DNA of 64,000 nt. It comes from Chiloscyllium plagiosum (lineage: Eukaryota). The notes beneath the pieces were generated by a model. The model was not told the DNA's origin. It saw only the letters and a program-made list of their open reading frames with translations, and made no database searches. Shown piece after piece: positions 52,633 through 64,000 of the stretch (position 1 is its first letter; each line of letters starts with the position of its first letter). The translations under genes were made by a program, and so were the position numbers. The stretch lies in contig NC_057753.1 of the NCBI RefSeq assembly GCF_004010195.1, positions 9,696,622-9,760,621 of the forward strand. The letters run 5' to 3'.

Positions 52633-52783
52633 CGCTGAAGTGTGTGACGTGTGAAAATGGGCTATGTACAGGGACGATACCACCAGAAAGCTGTGTTACA
52701 GGTAGACGGTGTCGGAGGAAAGGCCTGGTACTCCCTAAGCAGTCTGATGTATAGCTATCTGGCTCGGTATATTTTTATGTCAT

Positions 52784-53167
52784 TGTCATGAAATGGAAAA
52801 TTAACATTCATTGGGGAATAAAGAAGTAAGGATCTGACTGGAACTAAGGGTATTGCAAACAAACAAAAATGTAAAGGCAAACCGACCTAACAGCAGACTT
52901 ACAAGGCCAGTTAAACTACCATGTCAGCAGCCAAGAAATGAGAAAATCAACTCCATATATGGAAAGGAACTTGAATGTTCCAGGCCTCTAGCCATGCAGG
53001 TGCTGATAAGGAAAAGTGAATTCTAGTATAAAGGGAGTATGTGAAAGCAAGACGCCCCTTACATGAGGTGTCTTGCCAATGTATTGAGTCTCTTTGCAAA
53101 GGTCTGAAATAAACATTTTCTTTGCTCTTGCAAGCATTTGAGTTGAGTCAATTTAACTTCCACGACA
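52784..53167 (+). repeat. ERV-A 3' LTR
   Basis: TGTCATGAAATGGAAAATTAAC...CACGACA with TATAAA and AATAAA; clearly diverged from the 5' LTR. Confidence 0.9.
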
Positions 53168-53534
53168 ATTGTTACTATGTCGTCATGCTCAGTGTCTGAC
53201 TACAAACAATGTACATAAGCTCTATACAAACTCTGGAAAAGTCAGCGGATTATTTTGACGGTATAGGAATACTCATCCTTCTGGGCTGATTAGAGTCTAC
53301 CGACCCGGCCATACCAAAGAATAAACAATTGCTTGTGTGATCGACAAAGAGTCATTTCCAGGTGCATTAATTGACCAATCCCAGAAACCTGAAGACCCAG
53401 ACAGCAGTCTGGATCATCAGAACAACCAGACAAGAAATGGTTAATGTCCCCAGGATGTGGGGAGCAAAATGAGACATCAAGGCATTAACACCACCACCAG
53501 AGAGAAACTGAACATACAGACATGGCAAACATTA

Positions 53535-54040
53535 GAGAGTTACAGCAGAGGAACAGTCCCTTCAGTCCAACTCATCCATGCTGACCAGATATCATAAATC
53601 TACCTCGTCCCATTTGCCAGCACTTGGCCCATGTCCCTCTCAACCATTCCCATTCATATACCCATCCAGCGAAGTTTTAAATGTTGTCATTGTACCAGCC
53701 GCCACCACTTCCTCTGGCAGCTCATTCCTTACATGCACCACCCTCTGAATATAGGCGTTGCCCCTTAGGTTCCTTTTAAATCTCACCCTCACCCTAAACC
53801 TATGACCCGTCCAGGGAAAAGACTTGTCTATTTACCCTATCCGTGCCCCTCATGATTTTACAAAAGTTTGTAGGGTCACCCCTTGGCCTCTGGCGCTCGA
53901 GAGAAAACAGCCCCACCCTGTTCAGCTCAAACCCTGACAACATCTTTGTCAATCTTTTCAGAACCCTTTCAAGTTTTGCAACATCCTATAGCAGAGACCA
54001 GAACTGCACACAACATTCCAAAAGTGGCCTAACCAATGTC
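53535..54040 (-). mobile_element. CR1 LINE 3' portion
   Basis: Reverse complement of CR1 ORF2 C-terminus and 3'UTR. Confidence 0.8.
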
Positions 54041-54499
54041 TGGTGCTGTTAGAACATAACTTCCCAAATCGTATAATCAGAGAATTGGGAAAGTTTTCAA
54101 ACCCCAGAAAAGACAACCGGGAAAGAATGGAGGGACAAACCGAATTTTCGCGGGTCAGCTTGGACATCAGGGCGGGAATGGGAATGAGGGAAGGAAGCTG
54201 AATGTGCTGGAGCCAAGACACAGGAAGAACAGAGGATGCAAAACCGGCGTGAAGCTACAATGAGGAATATTGCATGTGCTGTACTTGCACCTGTTGCAGT
54301 TACTGGTGGGAATCGGGTGCATTTTTAAAATAAAAACAAAAAAGCTATCTGCCCTCCGCCTTCTCTTCCACCTCACCCGGATAATTAAGATACATACCTG
54401 AGTTTGCGGAGTCTGCTCCAGTTGCTACAAGTGAACAGATTTCCCCATCTCTGTCTCCCTCCCAAGATGAAGAGTTGCCCAGAGGGAGAATCACTTTGA

Positions 54500-54625
54500 A
54501 ACTGACAGGGCGACATCAGCGTTATGACGTCAATAAAGGTACAAGGGGCGGGGCAAAATGATGGTAAAGGGGCGGGACGAGACTGAGATCGGCCCACGCA
54601 CTGCGCATGCGGTGTCCGGCAGCAG
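54500..54625. promoter_or_regulatory. CpG-island-type promoter fragment
   Basis: CRE TGACGTCA (54526), two GGGGCGGG GC boxes and NRF1-type TGCGCATGCG (54602). Confidence 0.55.
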
Positions 54626-55717
54626 AAGAGGAGGAGAACACCCTTTCCCTTTAGAGAATCCCCACAGTGTGAAAGCAGGCCACTCGGTCCGACGAGTCCA
54701 CACCGACCCTCTCAAGGGTAACGCATCCACATCCATTCCCATACCCCCCACTGCTCTACATTTAACCCTGAGTAACGCACCTAGCTGCATATCACTGGAC
54801 ATTATGCATAATTTAGCATAACCAATCCACCCTAACCTGCACATCCCTGGACACTATGGGTAATTTAGTCCACTTTAACCTGGACAAAGTTTAAATCTCA
54901 ACTCCAGGTTGTAGTCCAACAGGCTTCTTTGGAAGCAGTAACTTTTGGAGTGCTGCTTCTTCATCAGGTGGTTATGGAGAATAAGATCATAAAACGCAGA
55001 ATTTACAACAAAACATTAAGGCATCCTGCCAATGAAATGGTAAATTGAACAAACCTGGATTGTTAAGTCTTTCACCTTTTAGAATGGGTTGCAGGTATCA
55101 TTAAAATGCAAATGCCAGAACTTCTTGTATGTCACCTTCTCAAGAAAACAAGGTTTTACAGCAAAAGGTGACATCACAGCTCAGACAATGAATTAAAGGT
55201 GTGAGGTCAGAGTCTGCCTGTATCCTAATCTTGAGTCAGACTGGTTCTATTTCCAAAGTGGAATTTACAAACTATTATATGTATTGGACTGCCTGCAGAT
55301 TGTGCATTTTTTAATCAAAATAGAATGTATCTGCACATATACTTCCCCACACACACAAGTTTGTTGGGTAAATTTGTACTTGCAGAATTACATCTTTACT
55401 CAAAACTGCATGAATCCATATAAGATTCTGTAAATCAGTTTAACCATTGTGGCACAGACAGTCTCACACAGGGGAGCTCACACCTTCAATACATTATCTG
55501 GGCTGACACAACACCAATTGCTAAAGTTCACTTGAGAATTTAACTTTTAAAAAAACACTTTGTGATTTACATGTGAAAGAACTGAAACCAACATGGTCAT
55601 TCTAACAGATGAGAGACTGAACAAACAATCCAGGTCTTTTTCAATCTATAATTTCAGTTACATCACACTGTAAACTTTGGTATAAATTCTGTGTCTTACA
55701 ATCTTATACTCCATGAA

Positions 55718-55752
55718 CACCTGATGAAGGAGCTGCACTCTGAAAGCTAGTG
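55718..55752 (+). ncRNA. Minimal hammerhead ribozyme motif (Penelope-type terminus, family 2)
   Basis: CAC-CTGATGA-A-GGAG(CTGCA)CTCT-GAAAG-CTA-GTG: stem I CAC/GTG, core, stem II, palindromic AGCT stem III. Confidence 0.65.
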
Positions 55753-56109
55753 CTTCCAATTAAACCTGTTGGACTGTAACATGGTGTAGTGTGATTTTTA
55801 ACTCTGCAAATACACATTTCCTCCCACGGATTTATGTGTGCGCATATGTGCAAGAGAGAGAGAAAAGTCTACATCAGTGTTGGATGTCTCTATGTCTATT
55901 TGATGCTTTATTTCTATTGATGTAAATATTGTAGTAAATCTTAGCTGGGTAATAATAGTTAGATGCAAGAGAGAGAGAATTCCTCAAGTAGGGCACAATA
56001 AGAATCCTGGGAGACCCCTATTTCTTGCTTACTTCCTCATGAACAAACATTACACTCGATCGCATATTTATTTCTAATTTTGTTGCATTTTCGTTGTTCC
56101 TTGCAATGA

Positions 56110-57854
56110 TGTGGGAGAATTGTTAGATTTGGATCAGCCATTTTATCACATATTAAAGCCTGGAAACCATTTTGAATCTCATCTTAGTGCTTGCTTGCGA
56201 AAAGTTATATTTTTCCTCGGCTAAGATTGTGTTTCCCAGGCTCGGCAGAGATGGTTGGCCTTGCAGCTGTAATACTCCCCGATAAACAAATTCTTTCCTT
56301 GCAGGGGACTTTATTTCCATCATCCACAGTTGGCGAGTCAGGCAGGAGATACCCTGGTTCTGCCAGGTCACTGGCTGATATCGTTTGAGAGATGAAATAT
56401 AGAGGGTGGTTGCTGCTTTTGTTGTGTCCAAAGGAAAAGGAAAGCTGGCCAGGGACAAAAATGCTGTTAGAAATGCTGATACAATTCTCGCTATTCGGCC
56501 ATAAGATACTAGTGTGAGTACTCAACAGGATCATCGTGTCCGGATGTAACGTTGCTGAGAGCTTCTTATGCTTTACAAAATTAATAATAAAGAATTTGCT
56601 TGCCCCAGGGTTATGACAGGTGAAAGCCTATTTGATAAGCCGTGGACCCACACTGAGATCTGTAGCATGCTTCAAAATGCCCCTGACCTGTTAGAGTGCC
56701 CAACATTAGTTTTAATTGGCTAGTAAAATTCTGCAATAAGTATAATTGCTTGCTTCAGGACATCCAGACTTGAATAAATTTGGCATACAGGATGCAGTGG
56801 GCAATTATTAAAGACTCCATTGTATTTCCCTTGGGTTGTGGACTCATGCAGAGACATGAACAACTTGCAGCTTTCTTTCCCCCCGCCTTTGGAACTGCTC
56901 AACTGAAAATCAAAGTCACCCCGCAGACAATCCTGTGCTCGGCTCAGTTCACTGTTGTGGCCCTCCTCTCCAGCGATATCTCAGATGCCGAGATTTCCCC
57001 TTCCTGATGAAACCCCTGATGATGATTCCCAGCCCTTGGAGCCTTCTGCCCCTGTCCTTACTGAACTAGAAGACTATCTGTCCAATCTCCAACCACCACC
57101 CCCTGACAATCCCCCTGGCTCTGGGTATAATCCCCCTTTTGCTGACACCCCCAATCTCTTCGTTTTAATAAAAAAAAAGGAGGAGAAAGTGAGGTCTGCA
57201 GATGCTGGAGATCAAAGTTGAAACTTTATTGCTGGAACAGCATAGCAGGTCAGGCAGCATCCAGGGAACAGGAGATTCGACGTTTCGGGCACAGGCCCTT
57301 CTTCAGGAAAAAAAGGAGGGATTGTGGGAGAACTTGACCAAAATTGACACAAAACTGCGTGGAAGTCATTTTGTCACAAAGCAATGTTTGCAGTGAAATG
57401 TAGCCTGTTAACATAATGCTGTCTGAGCCCTGGCTAAGGAATTCTGTTTTGATAGCCTGACCTTGCAGCTGCAGGCTGTCTCTGCTCCTCGGGCCATTAG
57501 ACTGTGCTACTCCATAGAATGATGGATTGGTTCTTTCTGTCCCTTATCGGTAATTCGAGCCTAGCTGAACCTGCAGTATAAGATAACATTCAGATTTGTA
57601 GACATTAAGAAATGTAGGTCTGGACAATGTATGTGAACCTTACGACTGCCCCTCCATTGCATAATTAATGGAGAGTGGCTTGTGTTTTACCATAAAATTT
57701 GTAACACTCTGTATTTCATTGGAATACGTCGGACTTTGTTTTGAACAAATAGGTCTTCCCAAGGCAATGAATAAAGCTAGTTAATTGCTCAAGGTCTCCT
57801 CTCCTGACTACTTTGCTTTAAATGATTTGGCACACGAGTTACTTTGCCCCAACA
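56110..57854 (+). mobile_element. Heavily deleted ERV-C remnant with 3' LTR 57323-57854
   Basis: TGTGGGAGAA at both 56110 and 57323; capsid-like KPWTHTEICSMLQNAPD (~56637); PPT AAAAAAAGGAGGGAT before the LTR; AATAAA at 57770; ends CCCCAACA. Confidence 0.65.
57276..57309 (-). ncRNA. Minimal hammerhead ribozyme motif (Penelope-type terminus, family 1)
   Basis: Minus strand reads TTC-CTGAAGA-A-GGGC(CTGT)GCCC-GAAAC-GTC-GAA; all core residues and stems I/II are intact. Confidence 0.7.
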
Positions 57855-59319
57855 GCACTAACAGTTACATCTAAGGGAGAGAGAATTCCTCAAATAGGGC
57901 ACATGAGAATCTTGGGAGACCCCTACTTCTGATTTACTTCCTAATGAACAAACATTAAGCATTTATTTTATTCTAATTTTGTTTCATTTTTCTTGTTTGA
58001 TTCCCCGCTATGGCTACGCTCTGTGTCTGGATGGTTGACAGGCTGGAAGATTGTGGGTTGGGTTTTGATTGACTGAATGTTTTCTTGTTCTGGAAGGTGT
58101 AAAAGAGGCGTGAAAGCTTCAGCAGAAATCCAGCAGAGCTGAGAATAGACCAACATCATACTCTGTGGGAACAGGGAGATCAGCAGAGGACAGAGAAATC
58201 AGGATCTGAAATCCGAGCTGACACCAGGCTACCCTGTGATTTGTGCTTTGATTAGCAGTGCCAATCCTCTACCTTTATCTAGCTTCCCATTTGACCAGAT
58301 TCTCAATATTCATGATCCAATCCTTGTCATCCTGAAGCCATGTCTCTGTAAGGAGTCTCAGACCATAATTATTCTCTTCAATGTGTGCAGTCAATTCATT
58401 CACTTTTTTTTTTACAATGCAGCACACATTCAGACACTGTTTTTGTGTCAATTTTTGTGATCCTTAGAATCCAGTTTTGATTGCTGGTATATTTCCACTC
58501 CTTGTCCCTTTCTATTGTCCTCTGATGTTAATTTCCCACACGACTACATTGCTCACCGGCCTTGATTTGGATTGGCCATGCTAAATTGTCCATAGTGTCC
58601 AGGGATGTGCAGGTTAGGAGGGTTAGCCATGGGAAATGCAGGGTTATAGTTTCATAGTAATAGAAGCAGGAGTCGGCCATCTGACCCATCCAGCCTGTTC
58701 TGCCATTCATTAAGATCATGGCTGATCTCTCCATTGTCTCAGCTCCTCCTCCCTGCATTGTCCCAACTGCCCTTCATTCCCCTACCATGCAAAAACCCAT
58801 CCAACTGTGTCTTGAATATACTTAATGAAGCTGTCTCTACTGCTTCCTTGGACAGAGAATTCCATAGATTCAGTACTCACCGGGAAAAGTAGCTCCTCTT
58901 CATCTTTATACCGAATGCCACCTTCACTATCCTGTCCACCTGAGACTCCACTTTCAAGGAAATATGAACCTGCACTCCAAGGTCTCTGTGTTCTGCAACA
59001 CACCCCTTAAGTGTGTCAATCCTGCCCACATTGCTTGACAAAAATACAAAACCTCAATTTCTCGAAATTAAACTCCACTTGCAAGTCCTCAGCCCATCAA
59101 CCCATCCAGTAAATTCTAATTTATAGCGAACTCTCTTTCCTCTCTTAGCTGAAAATCTCCATCCCACACATTCTCCCTCCATTCTCACTTTGCTGAACCT
59201 AATCCCTGCTGTACCTCATCCTGAAGGGTCTGGTACATGCTGATTAACAGGCCCACACTCAGGGAGGATCTAATTGTAACATAAAGAATACTGAACAGTC
59301 CGGACAGAGTGGATGTTGG

Positions 59320-59548
59320 TAAAAACAATGACTGCAGATGCTGGAAACCAGAGTCTCGATTAGAGTGGTGCTGGAAAAGCACAGCAGTTCAGGCAGCATC
59401 CGAGGAGCAGTAAAAATCGACGTTTCGGGCAAAAGCCTTTCATCAGGAATACAGTATTCCTGATGAAGGGCTTTTGCACGAAACGTTGATTTTACTGCTC
59501 CTTCGATGCTGCCTGAACTGCTGTGCTTTTCCAGCACCACTCTAATCT
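59320..59548. mobile_element. Palindromic Penelope-type insertion
   Basis: Inverted arms 59358-59547 centred near 59453; 14-bp direct repeat AGAGTGGATGTTGG on both sides. Confidence 0.8.
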
Positions 59549-59967
59549 AGAGTGGATGTTGGGAAGATGTTTCCATTGGAAGGAGAGACTAGGACCCAAG
59601 GGACCAGCCTTAAAGTGAAGGGAAAATCTTTGAGAACAGAGATAAGGAGAAACCTGTTCAGCCAGAGAGTGGTGAATCTATGAAACTCACTGCCACAGAA
59701 CGGGGTGCAGGCCAGGTCAGTGAGGATATTTAGGACTGAGCTAGATAGGTTCAGCATAAAAGGGGAATCAACGGTTATGGAGAGAAAGCAGGAGAATGGA
59801 GTTGAGAAACCAAGCAGCTATGATTGGGTGTGCTCCACCATTCAGTGGGCTGAATGGCCTCATTTCTGCTCCTACGTTTATGATCTCTTGCTGTCCTGAA
59901 CACAGAGTGAGAGAATTGGGAGCAGGAGTAGGCCATTTGGTCTTTCAAGCTTGCACTCGCATTGAAC

Positions 59968-60250
59968 ACGGTGGCACGGTGGTTAGCGCTGCTGCCTCAC
60001 AGCACCAGAGACCCGGGTTCAATTCCCGCCTCAGGCTGGAGTTTGCACGTTCTCCCCGTGTCTGCGTGGGTTTCCTCCGGGTGCTCTGGTTTCCTCCCAC
60101 AATCCAAAGATGTGCTGGTCAGGTGAATTGGCCATGCCAAATTGCCCGTAGTGTTAGGTAAGGGGTAAATGTAGGGGAATGGGTGGGTTGCGCTTCGGCG
60201 GGTCGGTGTGGACTTGTTCCACACTGTAATGTAATCTAATCTAATCTAAA
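59968..60250 (+). mobile_element. tRNA-derived SINE
   Basis: GGTGGCACGGTGGTTAGC, GGTTCAATTCC and (TAATC)n tail. Confidence 0.8.
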
Positions 60251-60848
60251 CACATCATAACTGGATATTAATCTACCAACATCTCGGTGGATAGGCTTGG
60301 ACTTTTTTCACTGAGCACAGGAGGTTGACAGGTGACCTTATAGAGGTTTATAAAATCATGAGGGGCATAGATGAGGTGACCGCCAGGTATCCTTTCCCTC
60401 GGGTGGGAGTTTCAAGATTAGGCAGCAAATTTGATGGAGAGAGGAGAAAGATTTTAAACAGGCAGGAGGGGCACCTTTGTTTTGACACACAGAGTGGTTT
60501 GTGTGTGGAATGAATGTCCAGAGGAAATGGTGGATGCAGGTACTGTAACAACGTTTAAAAGACATTTGGATAAGTAAATGAACAGGCAAGGTTGAGAGGG
60601 ATATGGGTTAAATACTGGCAGGCAGGACTTGTTAGGTTCGTGAATATAGTCAGCATGGACCAGTTGGGTCTGCTTCTGTGCTGTATAATTCTGTATGTGT
60701 TCTATACTGGTCTTAAAATAATTTTCTTGCCCTCCCCCATAAACTTCCACTTCTTTGTTGTTCAAAAATCAGATGAACTCAGCCTTGAATATATTCAATA
60801 ACCCCCTAACTACAGGAAGACAGCCGCATTTCTGAACTCAATTCCTCA

Positions 60849-60882
60849 TTCCTGATGAAGGGCCAATGCCCGAAACGTCAAC
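60849..60882 (+). ncRNA. Minimal hammerhead ribozyme motif (family 1)
   Basis: CTGATGA-A-GGGC(CAAT)GCCC-GAAAC-GTC. Confidence 0.6.
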
Positions 60883-61079
60883 TCTCCTGCTCCTTGGATG
60901 CTGCTTGACCTACTGTGTGTTTCGAGGGCCACACTTTTTGACGCTGATCTCCAGCATCTGCAATTCTCACTTTCTCCACATCCCAGTCCATCACCATTTA
61001 AACAATGCACCGCCTTTCTGCTTTCTTTTTTTACACAGCAAAGGCTAGCACATTTGCGGTAGCACATTTGCCACATGTT

Positions 61080-61630
61080 TGCCAATTGTGGTCTTCTCTA
61101 CATTGGGGAGACCGAGCATAAACTTGGGGAACAGTTCACCAAGCATCGCAGCTAGGTCCACAGAGGCTGACCGGACCTCCTAGTCACCATCCATTTTAAT
61201 TCACCTTCCCACTCCCTTTCTGACATGACCATCTTTGCCACCTCCATTGCCACAATGAACCAAACCACAAATTAGAGGAACAACACCTCACCTTCTGCCT
61301 GGACAGCCTACAGGCCAGAGGACTCGGCATTGAATTATCCAGTTTCAAATAAACTCTCTTCCCATCCCCCGACTCCCTTCTCAGCACCGACCCTTCATTT
61401 CCACTCCTCCCTGCCACTAACCAGATTCCTTCTTCCCATTGACCAACCAGGTCGTACCCTCGGCTTGTCTTCACCTATCCCCACTTCACCACACTGCCCC
61501 TTGCACTCCCTTTATCTGCATCTGCCCCTACACCCACCTGAAGAAGGGTTACACCTGAAACGTCAACTTCTCCAACTCCTGAAGCTGCCTGGCTTGCTGT
61601 GTTCTTCCAGCCTCCTGCTCGTCTATTTTG
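61080..61630 (+). mobile_element. Penelope GIY-YIG fragment and 3' terminus
   Basis: CGLLYIGETEHKLGEQFTKH...LEEQHLTFCLDSLQARGLGIE; inverted paralog of 42190-42535. Confidence 0.8.
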
Positions 61631-62394
61631 CCAATCGAGACACATCTGCACCAACATTTCCAGAGTCTGTCCCACCCGGATTCACTCTCTTTCCTTTCAA
61701 TTGCTGCAATTCAACAATTGCATTCCACAATGAAAAAGAAATGGAGAAAGGGGAGAGAAAAGAGAATGCCGTACTCACAGACGTTGGACAGAGGAAAGAA
61801 TTTGCAGTCTGGGTGAAGCTCAATCTTCATTCAGAGACAGTAGCAGCTTCAGAAGCTCATGGTCCAACGCCCACATTCAGACGATGGAGTGGCTCTGAAT
61901 GGCAGGAGGACCAGACTCCTTCCGGTCCTCCAGGGCTCCCTATTGGTTCATCAAGAAAAGGTCGCGCGCCTTTTTCTGCTGACAGCGATGAGCAGGCCCG
62001 ATGGTTTGTTGACACTGGTGGACATGCGCACGGCTTTGCTGACACCGGCAAACATGCGTGGTATGCCCTACGTGGATGCTAGTGTTCCCGACAGATTTTA
62101 AGTGTCCAAACGCCAAAAGGAAAAAAAGGGCAAAGCCACAAATGTCTTTCCCCATGTGGTTCGACATTTTATTGCTTTTGCATTTTGTCTCGTTTCTCAA
62201 TTTTTATATGTCTTTTCCCCTTGTTGAGAGACAGTGTGTCCCAGTGAGCTGTCTGTGGGAAGGAGCTATAACCAGTTACACAGATTGAAGAAATATTACA
62301 TTATTCAAAGCAGGGAGTGACTGTACACGCTTCCTGAGTATGATCACAGTTTCAATTGTTCATCGGAAATACAGAGCCAAAAGGACACCAAGAA

Positions 62395-62460
62395 CTGCGG
62401 AGAAGTCGTGGGAATGTGGGGACTATGAGAAGGGATTCCATTCCCTGTCGGCACTGCCTG
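62395..62460 (+). pseudogene. Isolated ZNF first-finger fragment
   Basis: AEKSWECGDYEKGFHSLSAL resembles the EKPWKCxDCGKGFxxPSAL start of the cluster's genes. Confidence 0.5.
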
Positions 62461-64000
62461 ATTACCTTGAACTTATACAAGTGCCCTGTCATAACATCTT
62501 TAATAATAGCTTTGAACATTTTCTCTATGACATATGTTAAATGTAAACAGTCTGCAGATTCCTGTTGTCTGTCTTCCTTTTTGAAGAAAAGAGTTTACCA
62601 ATCTTAAGAAACCTTCCCTAACACTAATGAGGTTTGGAAAATTAAAACCAATGTATTAACTATTTCACTAGCTAGTTTTTCTTTAAGAGTCTAGGATGAA
62701 ATCCTTCGGATACCTGGGACTTGTCAACTCGTAGTTCCAACAGTTTACTCAGTACTACTTCCCTGGTAATTGTAATTTTCTTCAGTTCTTCCCTCCCTTT
62801 CAATTCCTGATTTACAGCTAGTTCCAGGGTGTCACTTGTATGTCTCTAGTGAAGACAGATTCAAGCTCTTTTCAATTCATCTGCCATCTCTTTATCCTGT
62901 TATTGAATCCCCAGACTCATTTTTTGTGAAACTAACACTTAATTTGTTAACTTTTTTTTAAGAAAAGCTGATGAAACTTTCCAACCTGTTTTTATATTTT
63001 TGGCTAACTTTCCAACTCTAATTGCTGTGCGACTGCCTGCATTATTTCTGCTGTTTTGCCCCAGCTCTCAACTCTAGCATCAACTTGTCTGCTTATTCTA
63101 TTGAACTGACCTTGGTTAAGTGTTGCAAAATCTTTCCTCTCCAGAAAGCCTGAGTACTTAACATTCACTTTGAAGTATTGTTCATTAAAACTTTACCAAG
63201 CACACACTACAGATTCAATATCCCACAACAGCACCCAGTTTTGTTATGACCTTTAATTTTGAAGAGAAATCTGAATATCTAGTGATTAACTGGAAGAACT
63301 GTTCGCGAAGTTTTCACATTTTTAAACAAAAAAAAAACAATTGGAGTAATTTAGCAGAATAGCATGTATGGCCTTAAATTGTAAATCGAGTTTACTTCCG
63401 AGTGATGGAGCAGGTCCACACCAGATGAGGATCTAAAATCTTGATTTAAGATGTTATCAGGAGCAAGAAGTGTGTATAAGCTTTTATGAACCACAAAATG
63501 ACATCTCAATATAAAGTAATATAACAAAATGGCTTTAGGGTGCAAATTAATACCATGTTTAAAATGGCTAAAAGCTGTATTTCTGCATTCCTGATCTAAC
63601 TGAATTACAGATTAAGCAAACAATACTTTCTTCATAGTTTGAATCGAATTAAGCTAGATAAGACATTACTGACCATCCTGGCACCCAGATTTTCACAATG
63701 CAGTGAGGAAAAGAGCTGAAGCGTGTTTAATTTGTAAACAAACAAGATGCATGCTCTAAGAGGGATGCCCTGTGTTTGTTTGTTAACCACCTCCTTACCC
63801 GGTCGGCCTTTTTACTTGTCTATAACTTGCTTTTATAGAATCACCTCACATACATTGTTATGAATATTGTCTAATAACAGTAGATGTATTTAGTAGATGA
63901 ATCAAAACCATCCCAATGGCTGAAACAGCTGACACTGTAGTGTTGGACAAGTGGGAAATATTTGCATCAATTAACCAAAACTCTTCAAAGTTTACATTCA

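Larger units (their letters stand above)
45842..53167 (+). mobile_element. Endogenous retrovirus ERV-A (gamma/epsilon-like), defective provirus
   Basis: Direct terminal repeats, PBS, and gag-pro-pol-env order with diagnostic motifs. Confidence 0.95.

Noticed and set aside
59968..60030. tRNA-like A/B box sequences (several copies)
   Set aside because: They are SINE heads followed by the SINE core and tail, not complete tRNA cloverleafs.
61330..62082. 250-aa ORF
   Set aside because: Runs across a Penelope terminus and a duplicated non-coding block; no recognisable domain.

Overview
Repeat-rich eukaryotic DNA, most likely from a cartilaginous fish (inferred from the CR1 LINE, Penelope and tRNA-SINE content), with two N gaps. 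The window is a decaying C2H2 zinc-finger gene cluster built from nested inverted and direct segmental duplications, with six ZNF loci or fragments that are mostly frameshifted. Three copies of a QSOX-type first exon were carried along with it. It also holds at least three endogenous retrovirus remnants. The best preserved (about 45842-53167: LTR, tRNA-Pro-like PBS, gag, pro, pol, env, LTR; gamma/epsilon type) has an env whose N-terminus, directly after the signal peptide, is a CD300/pIgR-like immunoglobulin V-set domain sitting where the receptor-binding domain normally is. This apparent host-domain capture is the main finding. Other notable structures: an antisense LTR inserted into its own family's env, forming a long inverted repeat; a roughly 100-bp copy of the ERV leader placed upstream of the provirus; and many minimal hammerhead ribozyme motifs in Penelope-type termini. 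All assignments come from reading the sequence by eye; no database searches were run, and most boundaries are approximate.
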